Assembly: GCF_000150275.1 (NCBI RefSeq)
Contig: NW_002060943.1
Span: 1,173,830-1,237,829 of the forward strand
Source: Trichoplax adhaerens
Lineage: Eukaryota; Animalia; Placozoa
Reading direction: 5' to 3'
Length of the DNA stretch: 64,000 bases
The notes beneath the pieces are model-generated. The model was not told the DNA's origin and searched no databases. It saw nothing but the letters and a program-made list of their open reading frames with translations. Below are positions 13,099 through 28,156 of the stretch, one piece after another (positions within the stretch are counted from its first letter, which is position 1; each line of letters begins with the position of its first letter). The translations under genes and the position numbers were made by a program.

Positions 13099-16000
13099 AT
13101 GAAGACAAGACAATCTTTCGAAAGGATCATGATCCTTATCACGATCTGCTTGAGCAGTGTTCAGGGTAAGTCGTTGTAGCCTATATTAGCATGCACTTAC
13201 TACCAAATAGTATGCTCTAACTTACCTGTGGCATATAAAGTGCTATAGTATTAATCAGCGAAGGGTTGCTGTTACTCCTTGAACTAATGCTGATGTTAAC
13301 TAAAATTTTAACTCAAAATATTACCGATTCTATAGTATCTTGATAGTTCATAAATACTAATGAAGACTTGATACTGTAATATCTATTACATTGAGATCTT
13401 AAAAATAGCAATAGGAATGCAAAATAATTGATGATAATCTGATCTTATCATGTATGGCTTTAAATTTTCGATCATAATCTAACCTTAACCCTAAACTAAA
13501 ATACTTTCCATATGATTTCGAGATCGAATTAGGACTTACGTAGTATTAACTGTCGTAGTAAGATTTCTATAACGAATAAGCCATAAAATATTAGCACAGC
13601 AACTCGCTAGTAGTGGTTAGAAATTATATCAAATTATCAGGAGTGATTCAATTCTATTACTAATAAGTAAGATACTGAATGAAAAATTGAACGATACGAT
13701 GACCTTAGTATCCGTTAACGCTGCCCTAATACTGAGAAGATTATTATTAGCTATATTTCCCAATCCCAAGCATCTATGAATCATACGAAATATACAGTAA
13801 AATGCAACGTTAATTGTAATCCATTAGGGTTAAACGAGAAATCATTGAACAAAATTGTGAGATTTTATCCGATCTAAAATCATAGGAAACTAGTAATAAT
13901 TTGTTCGATTACTTGAATAAAGCTAAAACAGATTTCGCAGTTATAAGGATCTGCCTCTAGTTCGTTAAATTTTCACAACTTTCATTGCAAGGACTTGCTG
14001 AATAGTAATGCAAGGCTTATGCTCAAATTATCGATCTCGACTGCTCAATGCGTACCAAGGTTACATAATTTCGTTCTCATGTTGGAAGAGAGGGGAAATA
14101 TCAAATTACAGTATGCATCATTTAATATCTTCGTAGGATTTAGATATCGATATCTGCATATTTTGGCCCTGAGCATAACTTTTCTAATCTGTATCACCTT
14201 TCACGAGTGTCTGAAGGCAAAATTGCATCTATTTTTACTGGCCTTAATAGCATATTCAGATAATCCGTAGCATTATGCAAACCACTATAATGATTAATAT
14301 TTAATGCTTTTAAAATTTAGCCATGCTTATTTTACAAGTGTTGAAGGTGTTATAGATAGTTTTAAATTGAAATATATGTGCGATATATAGCTGCTACACT
14401 ATTTAAATATGAACGCAAATTTTCGTTGGCAAATATCCTATTCTAACACAATACTGCACGGAATTTTGATCTAGCTAACTTTTGAACAATAATTTTTAGA
14501 CTTAAAAAGGCAGATTTTCATTAAAAATAGCTGTCTTTTCTGAAACTTTTCACGGTATACTTTTAGTATTAGTCATATCTGATCAATTTGATCTATTCGA
14601 ATGTCTTTAAAGAGGGTAAATTAAAGGAATATAATACGAATTATTTAGACCATGATTAAGATAGTTATAAACTTCAGTTACTATAGTCGGTGTGGGTTAG
14701 AACTAGTGCAATTCTATTCTTGACTATTTCGGGTATCATAAATAATGCTTTAAATCTGGAATGATTTATTCTTGAAGCTGTAAATGGAAATTAGTAGTAT
14801 ATTAGTTTATCTATTCCACTCTTGCCATAAGGACAGCTTTTTATTTAAAAATATACAGGCATCTATGACATTTTAGTATGGAAATCTTTATGATTGCAAC
14901 ATAAGAGGAACACCTACCCAGGGTAAGATAGCAAGTTGGAATTGATGACGACATTAAATAAAAATTTAGATAGGACATACAAATTTTCTTTTAAAATTTC
15001 TTATATTATCGCCTAAGGGAATTCATTGATTGCGATTACTGTCAATTCTATTATTAGTGCTTTAGGAAAGTGCGACTGCGTTAGGATTCAACTTCCTATT
15101 TGCCTTCTAGCCTTTTCAATTTCTTGAGTTACTATTTTTCAAAGGATAATGCGTAATTTCACCTGCTTCCTTTTTATCTACACAACATTAATCTTGTAAC
15201 ATAATATTTAAGCAAATTTGCCATAGTTTGCGGTTTTATGTTACTACTATATCGCATTCATTAATTAGAATGGCTAGTCTGTTGTTTGCTTACCTATCAT
15301 GCCTTAATTTAATCAACAGCCTCGTGCTAAATCCGTCTATTGTCAAACTACGTACTTTGTACTTTTACGATGAAAGGATAGTTTGTTGTCGTTTACACTT
15401 AGCGTCCCTCAAAAAGGATCAACATTGTTGTGCTTGGCTAAATTATCCTAGCAAGCTCTACTTTAGTAAGCTATTTTATTCTTATAAAATTTGGATGCAA
15501 TACATAGTAGTTAGGACCGAGAATTTCTTTCGTTACTATCAAAGTCTAGGCTAAATTTTTACTCTTAGATATTGTTACCTGGGCACTATAAAATCATTTA
15601 AAATAATATTCCTAGAAACAGAAAGAAAAGATAATCTAAATCTATAATTTCAGTTTTATTTAAAACTTACATTATCCCTTTATTTAGAGCTGTTACTGCC
15701 CATTTAATTGTGCAAAGTTTAACATTGCAGATAAATATTTCAGTAAGATCAAACTTGAACCATCCATCATTTATTAGATTAGAGCTACTGTTTATTGCTT
15801 ATTTCCTTCAAATCTATCGTTTATAGTCCCAATCCCTTTGTAAAATTCTTTTAGTCTGTACACTATTCACTTAGTGAAAAATATTACTTAGCGTACGTCT
15901 TACACGTGTAAATTTAATATTTTAAAAAATTCGCATTTAGATTCACAAAGAGTCCAACTTTTATTTAGTTAATACTATGGTGTTACAGTTGGATTGTTCG

Positions 16001-19000
16001 ATACATCTTACCTTGATAGATTTAATGGCATAGTACAAGCTTACTTTAAGTGTTAATAAGCCGATAAGACGGATACACCACTTTTTATTTTATTCATTAC
16101 AGATCTTAATAATTCTAGTATATATACATTCTAATTATTTTACATCACGTCATTTGAACGATTCATAATCAGTTTAGTTATATCTTATAATTAATATATC
16201 TGTTTCATTTGGACTGATTTGCTTGTCACTACAATTTTAGTATAAAGTAAGACAATTTTTGCTCTTGATAAAATTACCCGCTGTCAGAGAATGTCCTTCA
16301 ATAGTAGCATAAAATTAATTACTTGAAATATGATGACCACAATGCGACCGCAAATAATTCATTACTTAGATTTTTATAATGAGTAGAATAACTATTTACA
16401 ATTAGAATTATCATGTTAATAAGATTGGAATTTAGATCACGTCATTCAATTGATGCCATCCTTTATTTCATATCTGTGATTAAGGGCATAAGCTTCAAGG
16501 GAAGAATGTAAATAAATAACTACTGCACATATGTGACAGTGCAATCGATTGCGCAATTAATCATTTTCACTATTTGCGATGAAATACTATGAAGTGACTA
16601 ACAATATTGCGATAAATCGATTACATTAACCCCCGGTCTTGAATATCGCCGGATGGGATAACCTGATAGAAAAGATACTGACTTGATAGACGCTCTAATT
16701 AGTAAATTGATCAAGCAAAATTAGATATACAATAGCAACGCCTAATCAGACGTTATTGATGTAATGTTATCTAACGATACAATGCATATTTTCTTAGATT
16801 ACAATAGATAAGATAATATGTTAAGTATTGTTATTGCAGTTTATTTCATTATCGAACACAGTCTTTTCTTACCGGTACAATATTGTCGCGGTTATTTTGG
16901 TCTTTTCAGTTTGGGCAGTATGAGCACAAATTCTATATCGATTGTAGTATCTAGTAAGAAGTGGTTGGTTATATATGTCAATATTGTTGACGATTTACGT
17001 ATATCGATTCTTCTTTTCTGGCAAATTTTACTGAGCAAGAAATCGGTGGTGATCTTTGATTACCACCAAAATTAAGTACATGACCATTGTTAGCTATGCG
17101 TAGTGCATCGGATTCTATTTTATTAAATTATACAGAGCTGGAATTGAACGATTATGGTAGAGGGTAATGGAAGCGTTAAACCATTATTAGTAAAATGCAT
17201 GTTAAATGATCTCATACGGGGAATTGAAGGTCATCGTGAAGAGCTACATAGACACTTAGGAATGAAATAGTACAGCAGTATTGCAATTGCTAACTTTAAT
17301 TTTTGTACGTGGACAAATTTACATATAAAATAGGAATTCAATAATTTTGTTGACAGTTCTGTAGATCCTTGGCTATTATTAATAATATGCATATTTTTTA
17401 TCTTCACAAATTACATTTAATCATTTATCGAATGCTGTCGCTGACAGCAATATTGGGGCTTAACAACCCCTATTGATATGCGATTATTATGCATATTGGT
17501 TAATCCCAAAATCATATCTAATAAGGAACTAAATAATATTTTTGAAAGCTACGAAGGCATTTGGCTATTGTTATGATATGTATATTAACTATTAATAACT
17601 ACTTCTATCTCAAAGAGGAATTAATAGCTATCATCAAGAGGCGTATAAGCTCTTAGCAATTGTTGATGGTACCAATATTTACCTGCTTCCTCTGTTCTAT
17701 TTGTAAGGAATAGCAGATTATTATTGAAAACTATCTACTGCAGCTACTCGGTTATCGATAACATTCATATTTACTCGAATTAAATCTAACAAGAAATTGA
17801 AAGCTTACGTTGACATTTATATTTTGTAGTTGGATAATAATGATGATATGTATTCATATTTACCCATATCGCGAAATTACAGCCAACAATGGATTGAAAG
17901 TTATAATTGAAAGCTACATATCTAGCAGCTGCATATTGTTGCTTTCTGTTAGCATATTTATCAATTTTGTTGAATCACATCAAACAAGAGATCCAAAGCC
18001 ATTGTGGAAACTAGATTCCTTTATTAATAAGTACTAGTGATTTTTATGAATGCTCAAATTCGATTATCATGATTATCCTTATGGTGCAATCATTTAAAGG
18101 TAGCACCCACTCTGTTTGTAAGGTGATCTTATACTGGCATTACATATCATGGGCAATCCTCTTTCATGTAGAATTAACCATTTTTTATGATATAAAACTT
18201 ATTATACTCAACCTATTAATTTATAATCGCTAATCGCTACTGAATAACAATTCAAACTCAAGCATGCAGTCAAGCAATACAGATGTACGAGAATATGATA
18301 CCTACATGCCATATTAATTCGAGCCCTCTTACATCTATTTACGGTCTTAAATGGAAAAAAATAGACAAATTGTTTCAATCGAACCCAAATATCGGGCAGT
18401 ATCCCTTCAAAACTAGTTTAGTGCTGGCATAAATCATGATGACTTCTCGGGTGATTATAGAAAGCCCCTTTTCAATTTTTACTCAATCTTTACAATTTAG
18501 ACGAACTTGGGATAGAGGGTTCTAGAGTGGTCCTTGCAAAATTCAATCGATTGAAAATAAATTAAGAACATTTACTTGTATACAGGATATTACTTAATTC
18601 ATAGCTGATTGTCTATCTTACGTTGAGCAGATAATTCCTTACTTTACAGAACCCTTTCAAGGGATTTTAAAACTAAGCGCAAATAGATCATATTAGAATT
18701 AGGATCTATGCTATAACAACGCTAATGACTGGTCTTGTCCAATTTTGTTCTGTACTGCATATTTAAAGGTAGCTGATGAGCTCAATTATAGCATTAATTG
18801 AATTGTGATAGCGGTTCAAGATCATAAATAGGCGGAGAAAAGGTGCGGTTTATTGATACTCAGATGATGAGATGATGATCATTGGAATGTCTTCATTAAC
18901 CAATGACAACACGATGTGATAATTATAGAAATTGGTAAAAATATGACATAATTTTCTACTTCATAAAATGCAGCGTAAGCATTTTATGGGTCAAATCATA

Positions 19001-22000
19001 TGACTGATACCTCGATAGGAAATTATAAGTATCAATAAGATCAAACATTTCATTAGACTTTATATTTCCGTACCTTAACCTGATGATTATAATTTATTAT
19101 GGGTGCATAATGCGGGTTGTTATAGGATATATTTAATCCATAATTATAACCTACAGTATCTCCAACTGCTCAAAGTAACAAGCATGCATATTTACTATTG
19201 CCACATGCAATTATATTTAAATGATTTCATTTGAAAATTTAAAGTGATCTCGAGATAGTTTAGGGTATGCGACGGGTTTACCTTAAACAATCAGGTCGTT
19301 TTATTCGCTATTTCTACTTTCCGATGAATACCTTTACTATTGTAAGCAAATTGGGCTTCATTTGCAATACTGACTGATCACTGAAAGACTGCTAATTCCC
19401 TGTCACGCATTATTTAGGCGTGATTTGCACTTATTAGATGTGGTAATGGTATGACAGTAGCCTTAGCCCGATCGAAAATAGCTACTGAAATTATGTGAGG
19501 ATATTCTATAATTCTAATTTGTTATAATGAAACTTACAGTAATAGTTTTCATGAAAAAATAGCTTCTATTAATGAATGGCTACTAATTTCTGGAATCATT
19601 ATCGGCGTGCGATTATAATATAAGGCCTTCCTATATTTCTAGTTGATTACAGTGTAATTTCGCATGATGATCTTTATAATATCTCAAGTTATATTGAGGG
19701 ATGATTACTAATTACTAGGCTTGGCATTGGTGTGCCATTATATTAAAAAGATGTCCCGTAGTTCTATAAAGTAACTTTACGATGGTGATCTTTATAGTGA
19801 GCTATGAAGTATGTTTCAGGTGTGAATTTTGCTCTAAGTTATAATTTCTAGAGGGTAAACTACCGCATATCAAAAATGTACTCGTATTTTAATCAATCGA
19901 TATCCTACTAGATACTGTAATTTTTTTCGTCTATTTTTGTACGTTAACTCTGGCTGAATGCAAAAATAATGCTCTAGGTGTTTGACATTCATTCATAATA
20001 TTCAATCAAGTTAGAATATTGTTTTAGATATATAGTATAATAGTTAGGATAGCATCATTTATTTATCCATCTTTGTTCCGCATTAGAGTAGAGTTGAAGA
20101 TATTTAGGTTTGGTTAACGCTTCCCTAATTAAATGATACGTCTGCAACCTTTAAAGATTGTTCCTAACTAGTGAGCTTTATATCAACATATTATCGTAAT
20201 AGAGGGCATACCTCTACTTAATGATAGCATCATGACATTATGAAATCAAACCTTACATGACTAATCCCGTAGAGCTAGAAAAAAGGATCATCGAGGATAA
20301 TTTCAATACATTGATCACTATAATGTTACTATCTGTTCAATGATGACATCATGTTTGATTTTCATTTTGGAAACTTATCAAATATTCGGTGGCCATATTG
20401 GCTAACTGTGTCAATAATTGTTATCATTCCTCAAATCATACGTTATTATGTCAATAAAATGTGATCTCTCCCTTCTTGATCAATATAATCAACAAGAGCG
20501 TATAAGCTAAAGGTTGATCAATATCATTATCGGTAGTATATATATATAGTTTAAAGGCAATGATGACTATATAGGTAAAGGGACGAAATATTAATTACTC
20601 TCATTACCGGATAATAACAAGACAATTTATAGATTATCCTATCGATTTGAAGTTATATCAATGTTGATTGAAATAAATTTGGATTCAGCTATTTCCATGA
20701 TTGGAATATACATTTCGTAGCTAAATTATAGTTTGTAAACAATTCTATAGCCTCAATAACATCTTTAACATTGCATGCTTTCAGATGATGCAATCAAGGG
20801 AATTGTATAATTTATTGCCTTGATTAGTATGCAAGGCGTTATGAGGGTACTGGATAAAAAAATCAATCAAATATTCCTTTTATTCAACTTGATCAAATTT
20901 AACTTAATATTAAAGGCCAGCGGCATAATTTGATAAAAGTATTTTTCGGTATGATAATTTACGTTATTTTAACTGTGTCTCATAGCAAATTAAATTTTAA
21001 CATTCATATACTCGTACAAGCGTTTACTTATCCACTTGACCGCTATTTGGTAATTTTTTTCGTTTCGTGATCATCAATCAACAACGTGATGACTACGATC
21101 AATCTCACACGAGTATTTAATTGACTTGGAAAGTTGCCAGATTATAATCCTGGCTTTCCATATGGTTCTTAACAATTATTGACAATGATTAGGCCAGAAT
21201 CAATAAATAGTCAATCGTTACTACATGAAAGAAAATCAAAATTGGGTCAATCAAGTTACTACATGTTTTTTGCTGGTCACAGAATGGTTTTCCATCCTGC
21301 ATAGCTTGTATAATTTCGTATTTAGGATGAATAGATTTGTAATGGAATTCGCAGATATTTTCTTTTTATTCTTTGGGTATTTAAATCATCTCTTAATTGA
21401 ATAGACGTGTAGATTACTTGATAAGAAAGAATTCGTGCTGATTAATAACCAGGACCTCCCTTACTGCTATAATTTTTGACAGTAAATCCTCACTTGACCT
21501 TTCTATATATCTGCAGCTTTTAACGCAAGATTTTCATGAAACAGCTCAGCAAATTGAGATCTTGTTTTATGCTATTTCGTCTTAAAATATCAAAATTTCT
21601 ACGTATAATTCGTGTAGAAAACTTTCAAGAATGACGATTCTGACAAAATTACTATAATTCTTTTTTTTTTTAAATATTGAAACTGGCCTAAAAGTCAATA
21701 GCATATCTAATTTTGCAAAATATTGATTGAAGCTGCCCTCTATATCACATAATTTTATGCCTTTTTGCTGTTAGGTTTGTTGTGCATAAGCTAATGATTC
21801 TCATATCACGGTCTTGCAGTATTGATCAGAATACATTTCCGCGCACAATTGTCACAGTTTCTACTAGTTGTAGTTCTGTGGCCACGTTAACACTGCTATA
21901 TTGGTGTATTTGTAGCTTGTATCAGTTGTTCTATCATAATTAGGATATCATCAATTATTGATAATTTTCTCATCATATCAGATGTAAATAGTGTACGGAG

Positions 22001-25000
22001 TTTCTCTTGTAATATCAGTTATAGATTATTGTATTATTCTTTCATATTTAAGAATCATTTGATAACTTCTCGTCATTCTAATCAATACTGGATATAATTT
22101 ATTACAATATCAATCATAGCTTTTGCATAACAACTATACCTCTTTATCTATAGGACTTATTCATGAGGTTCTTGCACATAGTTATCTTGATTTATTAGAT
22201 ATTTTTTATCACTGCGTTTATTAATTAAAGCTTGCACTAGCTGTAATGTAAAAATATTCGTATATTTCTACCTTACAACTGCACTTACGACGTACTAATA
22301 TCTTACATTAAGCTGGCTATTTCTTTCATGTCAATCTAAACTGCAACATTAAATTTAGTGATAATGAACCGGTATTTTCTCTTCATCCTTTTCAATCTCA
22401 TAGCCATCTCAAGTCTCGACATAGGCGATCAGAATCAGTTTAATTATAGAAATAATCATAAGGAAGGATATTTCAATTCAAGACTTAAACGTCAAGCCAA
22501 TCCAGTTATAATTAGTGGCAATAATCAAGTAGAACGTAAAGAANNNNNNNNNNNNNNNNNNNNNNNNNNNNNNNNNNNNNNNNNNNNNNNNNNAAAGCTT
22601 TACTATAATGATTCAGCTATTTATACCTGCGTAGCATCCGATCAACATGGTTATAATCAGAAAAGGATCGATCTTAAAGTTAAAGGTAAGATTCAAGTAT
22701 ACATGATCTGAAACAATCAGTTTGTAAAACATATCTATAGCAATCAATTCAAAGAAAAATGCAATTTAGAAAGGTAAAAAAAATAATATTTGCTCTATTT
22801 TATAGTATAGTCTACATGATTATTCAGAATTGAGATACTCTAATAGTTACGAAAGGCGGGAGCAAATTGTAATATCTCTGTTCAAGATCACCTTGTTACT
22901 ATATAACAACCTCAATGTAATTTAGTCAACTCTTACCTCAGATGGCGCTATATCTATTTATCTGGTATAATATTTTTCGGTACTGCCTTTCTGTTTACAA
23001 TAGTAAGCTTTCAATGATTTATAGCAAGTAGGAATAAATAGTGATACTTCTTTGGAGATCATATTGCAAATACATACAGCAAATCTAATCTAGTGTAGAC
23101 GACTATTATTCCAGTAAATGCTCCCTTCATCCTACAGATATACATTTTGCTCTATCCTTTCTGCATATTTTCCCTTTCGGCCCCTTTACTATAGATTTCC
23201 ATACTCAACGTTAAAGAGAAATATGTAAACGGGGTTTTCTTTTGTTCGAGGCCATATTGGTTTATTCATAGCTAATTTGATAATTAGCTACAAAATCATA
23301 GACGTCGAGTAATTTCATGATTAATGAAATTCTCTTATATATATTTTTTCCTAAATAGCTAAGCCACAACTACAACAAGCATTAAGACAAATTGTTAATG
23401 TAGCCATTGGCAATAAAGCTCTACTAGTTTGTACAGTATCAGGCTATCCTCAGCCTAATGTTACATGGAGTAAAAAGAATCCTAGTACCGATATATTGAC
23501 TACTATCAGCAATAATAACACAAGTAAATACCAAGTAGATAGACTTCAAGGCTATTTAACTATTAATGGTATTCAGCAAGAAGATCAAGGAATCTATGTC
23601 TGCATAGCCGCTAATATATATGGTACCGCTAATGGAACTTATCAAGTTATAGTACGACGTAAGTCTATCTAATACTAATTTGCAAATCATGATAATTAAT
23701 CTATCATTTAGCCTTTCATAAATGTATAAATATTCATAATAGATCGCTTTTATTATTAATCCCCATCAGATAAAGCCGAAATTATTAGCCCGCCAAAACA
23801 AACAATTGTCGTTGTTAATAATTTCGCAACTTTAGCATGTACAGCAAAGGGCGATAAAACAGTTGTAATTAAATGGTGGAAGAATAACACAGAAATTAAT
23901 CAGTACCAGCATTCGCGAATAGTTATTCGCAATCGTGTTATCAATCAAGGTAATGATGGTAAATTGTTCCATATCAAGAGCGAACTTGAAATAATGCCAG
24001 CAGTCGTTGAAGATAACGGCAGTTATACCTGCCAGGCTACTAATGGGTATGGTGTAGATAACAGACAGGCTGGCCTCATAGTTCAAAGTAGGTAGAATTT
24101 TACCTGCTTTACATAATTATAAAATTAAGATTTAGATTAATCACAATTGAGTTTAAACCATTAATTTTAGTTACCCAATCGCGCATAATTCTAAAAAGGT
24201 ATAAATAGTAAGCCCTACTAGGTAGTATAGCAGTTAAGTATAGCGTTATATCAGCAATGGCTGCCTTTCTATGGATGACTTAAGTTTATTTTATAATAAT
24301 AAAAGGTTTACTCTTAATTTCAATTCTGCACTTGAAATAATCCAATAAATAATAAAATATGAAAATATAAAAATTGAGTATTACGTATATTCGTAAATAT
24401 AGATTCCGGTTCAGTTTAGGATACCGGTAATTATTGATATTAGAGTTGCAGTAATCGTTGTAGATAATTGCGTCCTTGATTTCAGCTACGGTATTTAATA
24501 TGCGATTAACTGGTATGTAATAAATGAAGAATATGAATGGTATATGCGTAAAATGTGGTATAATTTAGATGAAAGAATTTAGGTTTGAATTAATCGTGAC
24601 ATCTGCCTTCTTTCGTTAGCTTACTTACTTGCTATTAAATAATCCAAATGAGTAATAGAAATTTTAGGATATCAGTACTTGATCGAGTTAAAATGCTTTA
24701 TCTCACGTCTCTAATGCAGTAAAATGAATAAAATATTTAGAATGGTATTAAAAGTTCTCTCGATAAATTTTTTTATCCATGTCAGATATTACGTTTATAA
24801 TTTTACTCAATATTGACCATGATTATTGGTATCATTCTAATTAATTGTATATAAAATTGATGATTGTCTAATGTTTATATAGTACCGTGTTACTTTGATA
24901 TTTCTTCTAAAGCCTTTGTGTATCTTTTTAACAACCAGCTAAGCCGTCGCCTCCAAGTAATTTACAATCCTTCAACGTAACCTCTACTAGTATCATATTA

Positions 25001-28000
25001 AGATGGTCTAAACCATTATATTATGGCCATAGCGATTTAACAGAATACAAAATTATCATGCGAAGTCAACTTGAATCTGTAGATTACTTTTCATCGGCTT
25101 CTCCCGATAAGTGGAATACCACTATCAAATCATTGTATCCTGGCGTTCAGTATATCGTAACGATGCAGGCTGTAAATAGCATTGGTACGAGTAAGCGAAG
25201 CCAATCCATCACTGTCAATACTCTAGAAGCAGGTAAATTTTTTTAACAAGAATTATACGTAGCCCACGTCAAAATAATAAGATTTAGTACCATTATATAA
25301 CCACAAATTTGTTTTTCTGTCTAGCGCCGAGTGAGCCGCCAAGCTCTCTTAATCTAGAATCGCTAAGCTCACAAAGTATTCGTGTTAGTTGGGAGGTATG
25401 TAGACGTTTTGTAGTAAATTATTAAATAAGGATCAGCAATTGCATGTCCATTACTCCCTCCTCTATAAAATTATAAAAAAATATGTCTACTTATAGCATA
25501 TCTAAAGATATAAATATAATTGATAGCATAAATAACATGTACTCATTCATAATTTTAGCCACCAGCTCTGAAAAAAAGAAATGGTATTCTGCACGGCTAT
25601 CGTATTACTTATCGAGCCGCCGGGGGTATAGCTCAGCATCTTAATATTACCGATAAAGGATTACGCAGTTATGTTCTGGTTAAACTGAAGTCATTGACCT
25701 ACTATAACGTTGCAATACAAGCATATAATTCAAAAGGAATCTCTCCGAAAACAGTAGAAAAGCAAGTTCGTACCAAAGAAGGAGGTAAAGGATATGATCC
25801 GATTTCTGGAATTAGCGATTACTAATGTTATGAAATATGTAATATGTTATACTGCGTACAGCTGTGTTCGTCCGCTTTAAACTACAATTACAAAATTGAA
25901 TTCAATCTATATCTTTCTCACATCTATACCTATTAGCTCCTACCAAGGCTCCAACTGATCTAAGACTCATTAATCGTTCCAGCCAAGTACTAACGATAAC
26001 ATGGTCACCACCGCAACCTGAGCCTCAAAATTATACTCGAATTATTACATATCTGGTTATTTACTTCCAGATAGATGGAGACATCCGTGGAGAACTACGC
26101 CTTGCTGGTAATCAAGTAGTAGCAGTTGTATCTGGGTTACTGCCATATAATAAATATCAATTTAAAGTACTAGCTTTAACAAGTGGAGGTTCTGGCCCGT
26201 GGAGTCAACCTATCACCTTTGAAACTGACGAAGCAGGTAGTTTAAGATATTATATAGCAGAGTTAATATTATTATTAACATGGTCTAATTCTAGTCTATG
26301 ATTATGGAATCATCTACCGTTGACTGACCAATAGAATTATTTTCTTTTTAGCTCCCAGCCCTCCAATTTTAAAACTAGTAAATACCCATTCTCAGTTTAT
26401 TGAAGTGAAATGGTCTGAACCTAGAGTTATTCAAGGAATCTTGCGTAGCTATAATATCTGTTGGTATTCTTACGCAAAAGATCATCAATGTGTATCTTTA
26501 CTGTATATCAATCAGAGGTATACGATTGGCAACTTGAATCCAGATCAAGTCTACTTTATTTATGTCATCGCATTTACTGATGCTGGAAATAGTGATAATA
26601 GTAATATTGTCGAAGTTCGAACTTTAGGTAAAGCATAAGTAAATAATTGATAGACTTGCTAAAAATTTAATTTTATTAATGAATAGTTATAATAAATTTC
26701 TCTTATTTAAAAATTGAATATTTAGCTTTGGCACCACCTATAAGTGGAGCTCGAAGAGCCCTACAGATCCAGGAAATTGTTGGATTGATAATTGGCTCAA
26801 TTTTGATCATAAGTATTTCCGCATTTATTCTTGTACGGAGACGAAAATGTCGAGTTAACCGTCATGTTAAAGGTGACTTTACCGAAATTTTACTTTAGGA
26901 TTTAATGCTGACCAAACATAACTTACCGTAATTCTTGCTATAAATTATTGTTGATAATTTGGGTTATGAATAAGTAGACTAAATAAATTTAATTAACTTA
27001 TTATGACTTAACAAACAAATACATACATTCCGATCACTAAGCTAAATTTATAGCAACCTTTCATTTATACGTCGGCTATTGAATGATATTATAGGATTTG
27101 GCATACGCAATTTCTAACCGCAATGAGTCATTTAAATTGCTATACATCGTAATACCTTCATCTTGATAAACATTAAATATTGTTGTTTATTAGTATTGGA
27201 TATTGTCCTAGCTAAATATTGATTTTTTTTTATCCCATTTTATCATAGAATTCAATCTATTGTTGATAAATTATCGCTAAGAGATACTAATCCTAAATTT
27301 ATCTTATTTCTTAACAGTAATTCAAACAAGATCAGCACCACTTGCAGATACCGTTCGTGTTAATGACTCCGCCAGAGAGGGTATAAGAACGATCCCAAAT
27401 TATGAGTAAGTCTTTCATCGTTATACTTTATGCAATGGCAGAATTATCTATTCTTATAGAAATTTTGCTTTCCATTATCTAAATTTTAGTTATCAGTCCA
27501 TGGCAAGGCCCAGCGATAGGGCATGTATGAGAGATACGAGTCTTCATCTGCCGCCCACTTCTGCATCACCTACCCCAAATCTTTCCAATGGTGATAAGTA
27601 TTCAGTTGTATCACTTAAAACGACGTGTTCAAGCGATTATGATGCTGGCTCTGAAGGAGTTCCCGAGCAGAATATTTCTTTGCATCCACCGGAAAAGAAA
27701 TATTATAAGCGAACTTACAGGCCAACACTCCATGAAGTTAATGAACTCAGTCAGAGTGATGAAGAAGCAAGTCCCAGCTTGTCTCCTTTCCCAACTACTA
27801 GCTATCCAGATTTAGTTACAAGAACGACCATGAATAATCGTTACACTGACTGCAGTAGCCGTGGCCACAGTCCATCCAATGGAGTTTCTAGACATTTCTA
27901 TGAGTCTATTCCTCAATCTTATTTTTCTCCTCAACAAGATGATCAGCAATCTATTGGTTACGTAAGTGATACCCGTTCTACTGTCAATAATTGTGGAAGT

Positions 28001-28156
28001 GATAACGAATCTAGATTTGGTATGCCTGAATTATTAAGTGCATCTGATTATAGTCGTTTTCATGTCGGTAATGAGGGTCGACTGCCTGAGAATACTCGTA
28101 TACTATCACAAAATGAACTAAGATCAGCCACTATTGCATCAGCGATCAAACTGTAA
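13099..28156 (+). CDS. Ig-superfamily single-pass receptor/adhesion molecule, Dscam/Sidekick/DCC-like (SP, >=3 Ig, 4 FN3, TM, Ser-rich tail)
   Basis: Exons: 13099-13165 (signal peptide MKTRQSFERIMILITICLSSVQG, phase 1); 22404 or 22425 to 22685 (spans the N gap; DSAIYTC); 23359-23658 (Ig, LVCTVSGYPQPNVTW...DQGIYVC); 23770-24087 (Ig, ATLACTAKGDKTVVIKW...DNGSYTC); FN3 exons 24939-25232, 25325-25395 + 25559-25784, 25937-26236, 26352-26627; TM exon 26726-26872 (IVGLIIGSILIISISAFILVRRRK); 27318-27405; 27490-28156. All phases are consistent. The 5' exon assignment is less certain. Confidence 0.82.
22544..22593. other. Assembly gap (50 N) inside the Ig-receptor gene
   Basis: Run of 50 N. The true size is unknown, so further Ig exons may be hidden. 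Confidence 0.99.

Noticed and set aside
13479-13500. Telomere-like ctaaccttaaccctaaac
   Set aside because: A single degenerate short run in an intron, expected by chance.
5200-21700. 60-110 aa ORFs in the intergenic region and first intron (9305, 13995, 15228, 16818, 17810)
   Set aside because: AT-biased composition, no motifs and no consistent splice phase.
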